A stretch of 64,000 nt of DNA from NCBI GenBank assembly GCA_026770705.1, contig JANJGN010000021.1:90954001-91018000 (forward strand), in the 5' to 3' direction. Positions within the stretch are counted from its first letter, which is position 1; each line of letters starts with the position of its first letter. The notes below the pieces were generated by a model that had not been told where the DNA came from, made no database searches, and was given only the letters and a program-made list of their open reading frames with translations. The stretch is from Isurus oxyrinchus. Taxonomy: Eukaryota. The translations under genes and the position numbers were made by a program. Below, one piece after another: positions 25,220 through 38,299 of this stretch.

Positions 25220-28200
25220 AAGTAGCAATTCTGGAGAGGTTCCCGACTTATTCACCACGATTTCAATGTTACCGGAAATGGGTCGGCTGTAAAAGTCTGA
25301 AGCACACCTGCCATCAATTAAATATCAATCAATACGATTAATCAGGCAATTGAACTAAATTTTAAACAGCCTGTGCGCAAGCAGCCGTGAATCAGGTCAG
25401 GCTTCTGTCTGATGAGATTAACCGGGGCAAAGGCCCAGAGTAATGTGATAGAGCATGGAGTTAAGAGCCTGCTGCTAAGATTGTAGCATGGTCTCGTGCT
25501 CTTCTTTTACTCACAACTTTTGCCAACTGTTTGATACATCCTTTGTTAATTTTCAGAGGCTCAGAACCGAGAGAGCCTCTGTCAGAGTGGGCTTTCATAA
25601 AGCTCGACACAGAAATCCTCATTAAGCCAAATGGATATTGTACATCAGGTGGGAGATTCTTCTGCAAGATAGGGGAGATGAGAATGATGGAAAGGATTCC
25701 AACTGGCCAGAGACAGTAGCAACATGTCTGCCATCAACCACGACCGGGTAGATGCTGAAGCAGCTGAAATCCAGGTTCACGGCCATCGTCATCAGAGGGG
25801 ATGCAACAACCCCGACTGGAAGCGCAGACCAACAGCTTTCCATCTACAAGTAGATGAAAGAAAACAGTATAGAAGAAGATTTCACCTTTTACAAGCAGCT
25901 GTCACTTCATTGTGCGAGATGGGTTCTGCAGAGATATGATCAATCTGCTTTAAGGGATACCAAATGCCCGTTGTATTGAAAGTAACTGTGACTCTTAAAT
26001 TCGAGGCGTCAGCATCCGTACAAGGGCCTATAAAAGATCTTTCTGAAGTCCAGGTCAGCTGCCCACCACTGCACAGGCACTTTATTTAGGAGACTGCAGG
26101 CCTTTATGAAGCGAGCTACAGGCGAGGGGAGCTAAGCAAAGAGGGGTAGAGGCTTTGGGCCAGTTTGGTTTCCCAAGTGCACTGGACCCATGTGGGAACA
26201 GGGCACCTAGGAGAAAGTCAGAGACCTTTATGGATTAGAGGGTTCCCTTGCTACATCTACAGATCAACTGGGGTCAACAGCCATATGTCCTACAGTCAGC
26301 TGCACTGTATTCTAGGAGTTGTATGATAATTACATTCCCCCAGTTTCCAAGGCTTTCATGGCCCGCCACCACTGCCCACCAACAAATGGATAGCTGGCAA
26401 GTGGGTGAATAGGGGTAGATATTGAAAAGCTGGCTTATGACGCTACCCAGATATTGAAGAATCCTTGCAGAAGACAGCTATGATACCAGCAATGCTGCCA
26501 CAAGGGCAATTATCGAGAGGAATGCATAATGTCATGCCATTGAGGGTATTCGTGCCTGGACTGGTCTGCAGGATTCCTGTAACCTTCTCTGGCTCATGTC
26601 TCATTGGGCATAATCACCTGCTGTGTTTTTCACAACTTTGCCCTTTTGTGGGTTGAGGCCATGGAGAGCATGCACGGTCACATTGAGGTTTCCGAAGATG
26701 ACTGTAATAGAGATTCTGAGGAGAACCCTAACGAAAGTCAGAGCCATGTGAAAGAGCAGGCAGGACATGAAGGTCTTGGTGCTGGGGGCCAAGGAATGCC
26801 GTGATCCTGCGGTGCTTCCCCTAGGTTTTCTACTTCTCCTGAAACATCACGGGGAAACCAGATCAAGAGTGCAAGCCAGCAACTCAGTAGCCCATCAGTA
26901 CATTTTCTGTGGTCTCTCCATTCTAAATATCTCAATGACATCCAATGCTCAAGAAGAACATTTCGTAGCTCTGCTGCCCTATGGCCTCCCTCGCATTTAA
27001 AAATGACAAACAATCACATAGTGGGAAACGACAATATAAACGAGTGCAACTGGGCAATGGAGCACACAAGCTGAACATTTACATATAACTTGTGATGTCA
27101 CCTTTAAGTTTGAAGTGTTTTCCACATGTCTTTTTTTTCTCGAGTACTATGTCATGGTGTTCTGCCCTCACTGTTATCAGCACCGAAGTGGGGGCGTGGG
27201 AGGAGGTGGTGTAGTGTTTGCATATGGCATAGAGGCTGGAATCCAGGCAAGTGGACACTTTGCAAAAGGCCTTTTGAAACCTGAAGAGGACTGAAATTAT
27301 ATGGTAGGTAAACTATTTAAATGAGTTCAAATATTGGAACAAATAAAAATAATCCACAGTGAGGAAGCAAGTGATATTGCTCGAAGAGAAACAAAGAAGA
27401 CCCGTTTGAATTGAATCTGGAGAAATTACAAGAACTTACAATGTCATAGATCAAGCCAAGCAAGTTTATGAGAATATTTTGTGTGAAGATAAAAAGCGTC
27501 GCAATAACGTCCATGAAACAGCTAGAAGAGATTTTGATCAGAGGACAAATGAGTTGTACCTGCACAAAGATAGTATTTGGGCCTTATCATCTTGAAATGA
27601 GAATTTGCCACGTTTGAGTTCGGAAAATTAGCTTGAGGATGGAATTACAGCTGCAGCTAACGAAAAGGACGAGATTGATGCTGTGGACTTAAATGAGACA
27701 CTATTCGTAGAGATAAACACAGGAATAAGAGCAAAAAGAAACGCAGGTGTTGGGTTATGATAATTATATGATGTTTGAATCCTGCTAATCCTGTTTGCTA
27801 CATGCATTGATTTTTGTTTTGGTTGAATTGTAAAATTTTATGTGTAGTAGTGAAACAAAATGAAAACATTAACCTATTTGTTAGAAGATTTTGAGATTAT
27901 GTTCTTGAAAATAAATTGATAAGATATTGAAAAAACCTCACTGTTGTGAAGCATTATTTTTCCGAGGGACAAATGTGCAACGAAATCGGACACTTACCTG
28001 AAGTTGAGTTGGTAAGTCGCAGTTGGGGATCACCAGTTCCCAGCCGACCTTGGGATTTCAGCACATGTGTTGGCCAAGAAATGGCTGCTTATGCGCAGTT
28101 CAGTATTTTCCTAGTTCAGGCCTTCTGCACATGCACTGGCCAGGAATTGGCTGCACTTACGCAGTTTGTGTTTTTTCTTTCTTCAGGCAGGGAACTGGAT

Positions 28201-30900
28201 CTGTGCAGGAGCGCAGAAGGAAAGGGAGCAAGGAGGTGAAACGGGGTGATACTTCAAGGCAGTGACTGGAACTGGAGAGCCATTAGAGGGAAGGGAAGGA
28301 GCATGACACAGGGATGTGGACAGGGCAAAGGCCCAAACCAAACAAAAAGGACCCAAAAGAGAGTTTGGGATAGAAAGAGGTCCCAGAAGCAAGTACCAAA
28401 GAGGGACAAAGGCAGGGAATAGTGATAGATCCTATTTTATCAGGAAAAAGAACAAAAGCAAAGTAAAAGACTCCAAGTTAAAGAAGGAGCTGCGAGAAGC
28501 TGACTTGAAGCAAAGCGGGATCGAGGGAATTCCAGAAGATCCAAGAAGGAAGCCAAAGATTGGGACGCCATATTGCCGCTAATGAGGGTAACAGGGCGCT
28601 TATGAAGCAGCGGCGTTCAGTTTCACATGGCCGAAGATCTGGACGTCTGCTTGGAAGATGAAGCTTGAGTGCCCTCGGAGACCCAGAAGGCTAGAGTGAA
28701 ATGCTGATTTGGATGCTCGTTGAACTGTCCAACTGGGAGAGACATTTGGAGAGAATTCAAAGGCAAGTTCTTCAAATGAGGAGATTTGAAACCCTCGTTC
28801 CAATTTCAGTGAAACAGGTTAGCTCAAGAGACAGCAAGTGTCTAGGTGAGTTGTTAAGAAATCCGTAGGATCTGAATTGGTCGCATTTGCCATTTACTTT
28901 GGAGTGTGTTGTGCCTGACCACAATTCGCAGTTGCTTCAGATGTACCACGTACTTACCCTGAAAATTACAGTGTGAGGAAAATATAGTGAATTGCTTTAT
29001 TTTTCCGGAATTGGTATGTGTCTGTAAAGAGAATGCAGGGGTGAAGGAATAGCGAATGCTTGAATCATTTTTTTTCTGATTGTATTGAGATCTTTTCACC
29101 TTTTTGTCTGGTGTAATATAATTAATCTTTCTTTTTTAATGTTTTATTCTTTGTGTCAAAAGTTCATGAGCAGATTCCTGTGAATTTGTTCAAGAAGTTT
29201 CCTCCACGATTTCAAAACAAATTTAGGATCTATCAGTCCAGGTTCCCCTCTGGAACCTGACTTGTCAAGTAGAAACATCACCTGGGTTCGTAGCACTTTG
29301 TACATCTTTTGCACTGTCAATGCCATGCTAGGTTCATTGACAGTTTCTGGACTTGTAGATCTGAGCACAGTCTCGGAAACACTTAATTAAGCCTCTGAAT
29401 CTGTCTCTCCATGAAGTCATCAATCTCTCGATGGAGAGACACACATCCTGACAAGATGGAGATAGCAGCTCTCATGACCTCGAGGGGCTCCTGGGCTGAA
29501 CATGTCATGGCCACCATGCAATCTGGAATTTCTGCCAGATCGCCACTAACCTCCATTTGGTCATCTGGTATGAGTGAGCTGACGGAACTTTCCAGAGGCT
29601 CACCCCCTGCCTTGGGACCAGCAGTTTCCTGGTGTCCCATACCCCTCTAAGATTCAAAGTCCTATGAAATCACAGCTTCTGATGATTGTACAGTGCTCCA
29701 CCCAGTTATTACAACTGGCTACGCAAACACAGCAAGCTGCCTATAACTGAGCTGATGCAACCTGCTGAACAAAGATAGGACAATGCACTCTCTGAGGTCC
29801 GCTGCTCCCCCTCAGTGAACAATGGTGTGTCCTCAGGATCGTAGGACAACCTGGATGAGAAGTTGCGTGATGGATAAAAATAATGCTGAGAGCATATTTA
29901 CAATGAGTAGCCGAACAGTAACAGTCAAACACGGGGCATATCACGAGGGGAACGAAGGTGGAGATACAGAGGGTACGCGACTTAAACCATCATCCCGTCC
30001 CTACCAAATTTCTACACACCCGTTGCCGAAATTGGGTCCCCTTCATTCCATGACCAAGCACCATCCTTCCTCTGCCAACGAACTGGGCTTGAACATGCTA
30101 TCATCATAACGATGAGGTCCGCTAGATTCGGCACTCCACCACCACACTTTTTCTAAGACATGTGTACATCACTAGCTGATTTCTGCTTGCCCATAGCTAC
30201 CTTCCTGAAGTGCTGCATTCCATGTCGTGTAAGTACACCCAAAGTGCTGTTAAGGAGTTCCAAGATTTTGACCCAATGACAGTAAAGGAACGGTGATACA
30301 GTTCCAACTCAAGATGACGTGTGATTTGGTGTCCAACTGGCAAGTGATTGTTAGGGAGAGTTCACAGCCGTTGTTTTCCTTCTGTTGTAAAGATAAATAC
30401 ACATTGATCAATCTAAAATATGAATGGATCATGCAGGTTTTATCACCTCTGATCATGCAGCACTGCATTTGCGGCACGGCTCATCTCCCAAGTGCCCATC
30501 ACAGCCAACATGCGCTCGTCACTGACAGACTTGCTGGAAGACAATAGTGCTGTGAAAATGTTGTTTTGACAACAGGCAATTCCTCTTATATGCCTAAACA
30601 CACATTGCAGACACAGCCCAAACACACCAAGTACATAGTCTCCCCTAGTTATAAGTTCTCATTGTCATGTTGGTTCCTCAATCGCCTCTGCTGAGTATAG
30701 AAGGTCACCCATGCTCGGCCGAACACTGTAGCCAGTTCCTGCTCATGCGTGCCCGAGTACTGACCACGGCTGTCAGATCTTCCGGGTTTTTCCTATTATA
30801 TGAGGTTTCCTCATGCCATTTCACTGGGAGGGAAACTCCCCCCGTTCCCTGACGGCCTGGAGGACGGCACACAGGGATTCATGTGAACCGTGGGACCATG
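25220..30900. mobile_element. Second decayed PIF/Harbinger: transposase (+, about 25780-26800) converging on a Myb/SANT gene (-, about 30870-29300), split by an LTR element
   Basis: PVVLKVTVTLKFEASASVQGPIKDL (HARBI1-like PVAVKVTAALNFYATGSFQ), GFP, KSWLMT, CLDWSAG; minus-strand TAVVSTRARMSRNWLQC at about 30770-30720. Confidence 0.7.
27330..29295 (+). mobile_element. Truncated LTR retrotransposon (Gypsy-like): internal 3' remnant plus LTR at about 27974-29295
   Basis: Purine-rich PPT-like GAGGGACAAA precedes TG at 27974; the LTR ends in ...GGGTTCGTAGCA; purine-rich U3 with two repeats of about 68 bp at 28060-28190; interrupts the Harbinger element. Confidence 0.55.
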
Positions 30901-31277
30901 CCTGTATTCTAATCTGGCATCGCTGCACTATGGCATACGCTAATAAAGGATATGTCAGCCTTTCCATTCTGTGCCAAGCCCTTCAGCCGCAACATTACCT
31001 GGACCCGCACAGCGCAATATTCATCCTCGACAAAGACCTGACGCTAATTTTGCAGTTTCCTGTGTCTCTCCACGTCTTGCCCTCGTCCACCCGTCTTCAA
31101 ATTGCCGACCAGCACATCATAGAAGTCAGCTGCCGGGAGTGGGTGTCAGCGAAGGTTTCGCCCGCTTCCACTCCGCCTGCGGGACAACACAGCGACCGCA
31201 TACTTCAGCCCATCTCTCAACTACATTTCCGCCCAACTTCAGCAATTTAAAGTACGATTGATGCCATAAAAAGACAG

Positions 31278-32062
31278 CGAGTGGAATTTTATGGTCCCTC
31301 CCGCCAGAAGTCAATAGATTTGCATGGGAAACTTTTGCTTTCCCACCAGAGTCAATGAAGCTTTGAATGGTTCGTCTCGTTTTAAGGACCCGTCCCCGCC
31401 CCCAAGATGCTGGACAATTCCGCACATTGAGTTAAATTTTATGCTGCTATGCCAGAGTGCTTGAACCAAGTAAGGGCTCCTAAAATCCAAAAGGTGTGCT
31501 TCCCACCGCCTACACGCCCAACACAAATCTATCTGAAATTTGACGTGGTTGGGGGAGGCACCCTTAGCCCCACCAGCTTTGAGTCTATTAGGGTCCTTGA
31601 TTGATAATTTAGTGGCCTCCTCCCACCATCCCAGAATTTAACCCGGGTTCGGAAGTGGCCACGGCTATGTGAAATGCCCGGCAACGTTACCTGGACACAT
31701 CTCCCCCTTTAAACCATCCCGTGGTTCTTCGACTTGGCCACTTATACCCGCCTGACCCCGTAACCACCCTTCACCGAGACACCCAATCCCAATTTCTGGG
31801 CCCCTCACCAGGGAATGGCCATCACTCCAGCAGTGGTCGACACTGCCGGTGGCACAACTGGGACTGCTAAAGCCTCGGCAATCCGATTGACCGTTAGTTG
31901 CCTTAGCTGGGAATTTCTATTGAGATTGTACGGATGTCTCGCAACAAAGCAATCAAACCTGTCTCCGGAATTAAATGCTGTGGGACAGTCATCTGGATGG
32001 TGGGACAGTTCGCCCCCCACTTAGGAGAGCCAGGAACACGGAGCCCCTTAAAATCCCACTCG
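31278..32062. mobile_element. MITE with 14-bp TIRs
   Basis: CGAGTGGAATTTTA ... TAAAATCCCACTCG (one mismatch). Confidence 0.7.
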
Positions 32063-33279
32063 ATTATAGCAGGATTGAAAAATATCTGTGGGCGAAATTA
32101 GTGCTGGTTTCTACAGTGCTTACAACGAGCACAGACTTACAGGGACAGGGACAAAGTCATTCAGGTTCAGGGCGTTTCAACAAACTGTCAACCTGATAAA
32201 TAAGATTAACATGCAACACAAATGTCACATCGATTGTAGAGATTGCAAACTTTCTTGACAAGTAGATTATTGCGGAAAAGTACAAAGGAAATAATTATTG
32301 CAATGGGCCTGAATTCTTGCTTATGGCCACCTTGAATAGAATTTGAAATCTGAAGAAGGAAGAACCTAAGATGAAGGTATAGAGAAGTTAAATTGATGAA
32401 TGACCCTAATGACACAATGAGAGCAAAAGTCAAATCCCTTTTGAGTAGTTTAAACTAACCGTGGGAGTGAAACAACTTGTTCAGGTGAAACATCCGTCTC
32501 ATTTTACGGTCGGAAATCGGCCCCGCTGCTCTCTCAACTATAGGTAAAATATGACGTGATAAGGTCGCGCCGGCAAAACTAGACGGCAGCCTCTAAAATT
32601 ACTGTAGGCGAGTCGGCACCGAAATTAGAAGCACGCCCGCCATTTTTAAAACACTAATTAACCTGAAATTAAGCTTATTGAAGGGACACTTGAACGCAAT
32701 TTCTTGCTCCCTCTGCCTCCGAGATCGGATGAAAAAAAACATGGGAGTGCTTTACAGCGGTTATAACGAGGCTGCACAAGGTTAGAAGAAAATGTCTGCC
32801 ATCGAGACCCTGGTTGCATATATGGGCGGGTGGAAGTCGCAGTTGGTTTGATTTTGAGAGCCCCCAATTCACCTCCCACCCACCACCACCGCCCACTTCC
32901 CCCCTCCACCGCCCCCACCCCCATACACACACACAAACGCACACAAAAGTACATTGAGCCCCCGACTACCGGGTGATAAATACTGCTGCTGGTGTGGAAA
33001 TCAGATTCAACGAGAATGTAGAACGGAGATCGTTGGATAGAAATTAATGTTTTAATCGGTGGATAAAGGGTCTCCTGCCACTCCTTTTCATGTTCAGACT
33101 GAAACTAAATTTTATCAACTGCATTTTTTTCTGATAATATTTTGACTTCATCTGTTTCATTGCAGCAAGTGACGTGCTTCGAATACAATTCAGTAAAGTA
33201 TCAAATTGATGTATTAATATCTGATCAGCTACGATTATTAGGAATGAAATTTCCAAGCTTCATCTACACTGGTAATATG

Positions 33280-33885
33280 TTAGAATTGTAAAACGATACA
33301 GCACAGAAGGCATCCACTCGACACATTGTACGGATACCTGTTCATTCCCTTAATCCATTTTTCCATCTCCCCTGCTCTTTTCCTGTCGCCTTCTAAAAAT
33401 TCCCATCGAGAATTTATCCGGAGACATTTTGCAAGCTACGAACATTTTAGTCCGTGCTATCCAGAATCCTATAACTCAATTTGTAAAGAACTCTTTCCTC
33501 GTGTCACTCCCCGTTCATTTCCTAATCGTCCCAAATCGATGTTTTCTGGCGATCGACACTCTTGTCGATCGAAACAATTTATTCTTAACTATCCTATCAA
33601 ATAATTTCATTATTTTAAATAGCTTCACCATTTCTCCTAAACCCTTTCCGGTACCTCCTACAATATTTTTATATTCTTCATAAAGTGCAGTGGCCGTAAT
33701 TGAACACAACACTTCAGCTGAGGCCTGACCAATGTTTTAGAACGTTTTAGCTTAACTCTGTTGTGTACACTATTCCTCTAGTAATGCAGACAAAGCTGTC
33801 AGATGCTACATAACAGATTTATCGAATGATATCACCGCCTTCATAAGTTTTGTACATAACAGGTGTCTCTGTTTCTGTATTTCTT
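33280..33885 (-). mobile_element. Decayed CR1 3' end
   Basis: Minus ORF GLGEMVKLFKIMKLFDRIVKNKLF; plus-strand ACTTCAGCTGAGGCCTGACCAATG (LVRPQL). Confidence 0.7.
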
Positions 33886-35146
33886 TAAAATTGCATCAGT
33901 TGGTTTGAATGTAAGATGTTGCTCATCATAAAACGGCAGATGAATTGCCCTAAATGAGGAAAATTGCTGACGATGCAATGTTGTTTTGCTGACTGGTCAT
34001 TTGATGCCACTGGAGACAATGTCAAACTAAGTGTTAGACAATCGGCACACGGCGTGTTTCCTTGTTGATTACATTTGCTATCTTGACTTGTTTTGATCAT
34101 GAGGAAAATTCGACATGGGCGGAACGATAAATTGACATTAATTGATCAGCAATCCATTTTACGTTCAGACTCAGTGACGTTATCACGAAGTCGTCTCCAA
34201 CCTGCCCACTGCTGAATAATTTGTACAAATCCAATTAGCAGATTTAAGAACTAATTTATTCATTCGGGGGTTCTGCACGGACATTAGCATGCCACCCTCT
34301 TCGCAATTCCTTTGAAAAGAAAATTATCAGGTGGCAGTGAGCATGGAAGCGCAAGCCATTTTTATGCATTATATGGTAATACAGTAATATGGTAATAATA
34401 ATATGGCAAAGAACAATTTTTATATTGATCATGTATTATCAATTACCCGCAAGAGTTCCCTCTGCCGCCTCTCCTCATGCGGATTTGCAGATCACTATAC
34501 CACAGTCTAAGTGGAAAATCGACCCCCAACAAGTGAACGAAATACATTGTTCATTTTTGAGCTGAAACAGCAATTTCTTAAGGATTAACCTAAAAGAGTT
34601 CACTAATTAGATGCACCTGATCCTACTTACTGTCACAGGCAGATGTTCATTTTTTCCGCATTTTCTAATTCTGAACCTCAACAGCGATCCTGTTTTGCAT
34701 TTCCCTGGCTGTCCGAAGTCATTGATTAGCAGTGCCCCTCTTGTTGAGGCACTGAAGCCCGGAGTGTCTTCAGGTTTTTCTCTTGCCAGGCGGTGTAATC
34801 TGAGAATCGTATACAACCCTAATTTTGCACCCTTTCCTGAACTGCAATCTACTGTCTTCAATGGAGAGAAACATTCGGAAGAGTGTAACATCAGCGTGGC
34901 ACATGATAACGTCAGGGTCCGAGCGTCAGGTTAGATTAACGTGCCTATAGAAATGACAGAAAACTTTGTTTTAAAGCAATCAGAAAAAAAATGAAATATT
35001 CATACGTGCAAAACTGCAGAGCAGGACCTATTAAGTGACACAGTTAGCAATAATACGTTGCTTGTTAGCATAATATTGCAGCAGTGATTTTAAGACACAT
35101 AAATATTGGCTACCACGTGTGACCAATTTATTTACTTTATTTGTAG

Positions 35147-35170
35147 TAAATAAGATCGCTCAAGTGAAAG
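35147..35170 (+). CDS. Coiled-coil micro-exon (B slot), 24 nt, (V)NKIAQVK
   Basis: TTTACTTTATTTGTAG|taaataagatcgctcaagtgaaag|GTAATA; phase 1-1, open. Confidence 0.65.
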
Positions 35171-36889
35171 GTAATATAGATATTCTGCTTAAATTATTTA
35201 CCAACAACTACTGAAAAAGCAATCAGTTCAGGCAGTTATTCAATGAACAAGTAGGTCGTAAAGATACTGCAGCCACGAAACATGGGAGTATATAAAATGT
35301 ATATATTTGTGCATGTGTTTGTGTGCCCACACAATACAGTTCGAATTAAAGTTAAATTACGCTAACTGTTATCTAACATTGTGTAAATTGACAAATGCAT
35401 TAACAATTTGAGTAATCGATGTGCATTAGTGATTAAAATGTTGTCTCACTTAAACGTTATGGAATAGGAAAGATGTAACTTAAGGCTCATTGTTCGAAAA
35501 CGTTGAAAAGTAAGTTGATGTACCTGATCCCGCAACCAACTCTTTTCAGTGTCACTTATATTTAAATGTTTCACTTGCAATCATAATGATGCACAGCAGC
35601 TAGACTGTTTGAAACAGTGGGGAATGACATCGTACCTGTATAGCGGCTAAGCGATCATTTTAACCGAACACTTCGAGCAGCAATGACTGTTCAGATCGGC
35701 CTTCCCTTTTACAATCTGCCTGATTCTCCTTCCCATTGGCGTTCCATTGATTTTTTTTTTCTCTCTGAATGCAAAAGCATGTGTGTACCAGGCGGATTAA
35801 AGGACTTATGATAGTGCCGGAAACTGAGTTGAGGTAAAATATCAGCGATGGTCTCGCTGCCACGAAACTATCATATTTTTCATACTAAGCTTATGGCTGT
35901 GAGTGTGGATGGTTCTGTCTGTGTGACTGATTTAATTAATTGTTACTACAAGATTGAAATTATCAACAGGATTAGGTGTAAAACTGACTTTTGAACTGAA
36001 GATGGATAAGCGTGGATGAGGGTTCCACAGATAGGGAGAGAAAAAAATTTGCATTTGTAGAAGTGAAGGGGTTTTTTTGAAATCGATGGTGTAATGTTTA
36101 CGAATAATAAGATAAATGAGGCAAAGCAATACTTTGTTGTTCCCGAAAGTGCTGTAATGATGACATGAATTTTTTTTTATATTATGGAAAAAGTAACTTT
36201 TTAAAGACATGTAGAATAATAGGATTTTACGCATTAAAGAGAGAAAAAAGCTGCATAAAGAAAGATGGAAGGCTATGTGGGGGTGGCGATGTAAAATCTT
36301 GAGATGTACACCGGGTGAAGCAGCCTTGAAGAAAATCCTCTAGCCACTCTGAAGAAATGCTGCTCCAGTAGCTAATGTTTGGTTAATAAAAAGCCTTTGG
36401 GATTCCACTGTTGTTTGGGTGCGTGTGGTAACTTTCCTGGTTTGCTTATTTATTATCTATATTATCTTTATTATTTATAGCTGTGTTGATTTTATAGCAG
36501 TAAAATAGGCCAATGTCAGTGATGTCAGTGTGAGAGCAAGATGGAGATTTAAAATGGTAAGCCACAGTAAACTGGGCAACCTGCTGACAAACAGAACAGA
36601 GCTGTTCCGAAAAGTAGCTGAAAGAGAATGTCCGTGTACGAGATGAATAAGTGTTTCATATATCCCACATAAATACAAGCATATGTAGGAACCGTAGTGT
36701 CATTCACAGCAACACTATTTATTTGAAAGGACTGAGATGAATTAAAAGAGATTTGATTAAAAAAGAGAACAAGTTCAATCAAGCAGAGAATCGTGGATGA
36801 AGAAAGAAGTTGGGACCCCTGAGGCGTCCAGGTTGGGAGGGGCGTGGGGCGTGGAGGTATGTTGGGGTGGTTAGTGTGTGGGTGGGAGA

Positions 36890-37135
36890 TGCACAGCAAT
36901 TGCCCGTTCAATGTTTTCTTCACCTGTGGGATTGCTACTCTCTGCTCTGCTCCACTAATTATTATGTAATTTAATGTCACACATCTTCCTCTCTGTAACG
37001 CATGTTTCAAATGATTCATTTTATTTACCCTCTCCCAATTTCAGATATATAAAAACTATTTCATTACTAACATTCTCCATTTCGGACCAAAGGTCACGAC
37101 CTGAAACATTAACTCTGTTCTCTCTCTACAGCGGC
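36890..37135 (+). mobile_element. Penelope-type terminal-repeat fragment with a decayed hammerhead-like motif
   Basis: CGGACCAAAGGTCACGACCTGAAACATTAACTCTGTT at about 37083-37119, related to 38054-38090. Confidence 0.5.
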
Positions 37136-37476
37136 CGTGTATGTGCACTGTGTAGTTCCACTATTTTCTGGGCTAACGTCAGACACAATTCCTTGTAGTT
37201 TCAATTCTCTAACAATGTGCCAATGACATTCCTCTTTCCCGCCGATCGCATCCCTCAGCTCATCCACTTTGAACGTACAAATAAGCAAAATCCTTCCAAA
37301 TGCATTAACCCATCAAGCATTTGTGCGCGAAACTTACGATAAAGATGAAGTGTTTAAAGACATTAGAAGGGCGAAATTTCTGATGATAATTTTTATTATT
37401 ATCTCCATGTGCTCATGAATCAAAACACTCTAATGTATGCAAGGGCTGACATGACTTCCTGTGTGTTTGTTTACAG

Positions 37477-37503
37477 ACCTACAGAAAGTGCGTACAAAAT
37501 TAG
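37477..37503 (+). CDS. Coiled-coil micro-exon A3, 27 nt, (D)LQKVRTKL
   Basis: GTGTTTGTTTACAG|acctacag...aaattag|GTAGGT; phase 1-1, open. Confidence 0.75.
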   Translation, partial: TYRKCVQN

Positions 37504-37999
37504 GTAGGTTTAAGTTCCATTAAAAAACGAGTGCTGTGAAGTGCCTTGTACTCATTTGGAGTTTTGTCTTTGAATTCTGATCATTGACTAGCTGAATGCA
37601 GTACATAAAATGAAGTCGAGCTAGATCTTTGGAGTATTAGGCATCTCGAGGTTTCAATTTCCTTGCTGCAAAGGTAATAAAAAAAGAATAATGAAAGACC
37701 ATACCAACCTCTCTACCGCATCTGTCTTTCTACATTGCAGACATTGAAAATTTGCAGGCAGCGAAACAAAAACTACCACTTAATAGCACAAGGAGATCAT
37801 TGGTCAAATGCCATTTTCTCTTTTCTCTTCCTTGATCTCTTAATAATCATTCACTTATTTTGGAAAAGCTATTATGAATTCTGCGACCATATTTGCTTCT
37901 GTTACGGCATTAATAGTCACAATTTTCTCCTGGTGTTAGATATTTAGGAGGTGATAAAGATATTTGACTTGAATACCTGTCATAGTTCATTTAAATAAT

Positions 38000-38184
38000 A
38001 ACAGAATTATTTGGAAAAACTCAGCAGGTCTGGCAGCATCAGCAGAGAACCTTCTGTTGAAGGGTCATGAGGACTCGAAACGTCAACTTTGTTCTTCTCC
38101 GCCGATGCTGCCAGACCTACTGAGTTTTTCCAGTTAATTCTGTTCTTGTTTTGGATTTCCAGCATCCGCAGTTTTTTGTTTTTA
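38000..38184 (+). mobile_element. Fold-back short retroelement (PLE-derived) with a 14-bp TSD and hammerhead-like loop
   Basis: Inverted arms 38001-38049 and 38095-38143; TSD TTCATTTAAATAAT at 37986-37999 and 38185-38198. Confidence 0.85.
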
Positions 38185-38299
38185 TTCATTTAAATAATGG
38201 TGTCTATGTGCATGAGCTGTTTCGAAGTTATTTTGAAACAATTTTGACATGCCCTTGAAATGCTACAACTGAGAAAAAAAAAACTTACTGATATAAATG

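Noticed and set aside
30960-31250. Possible RTE 3' end on the minus strand (LCGSR-like motif)
   Set aside because: Too degenerate to call with confidence.
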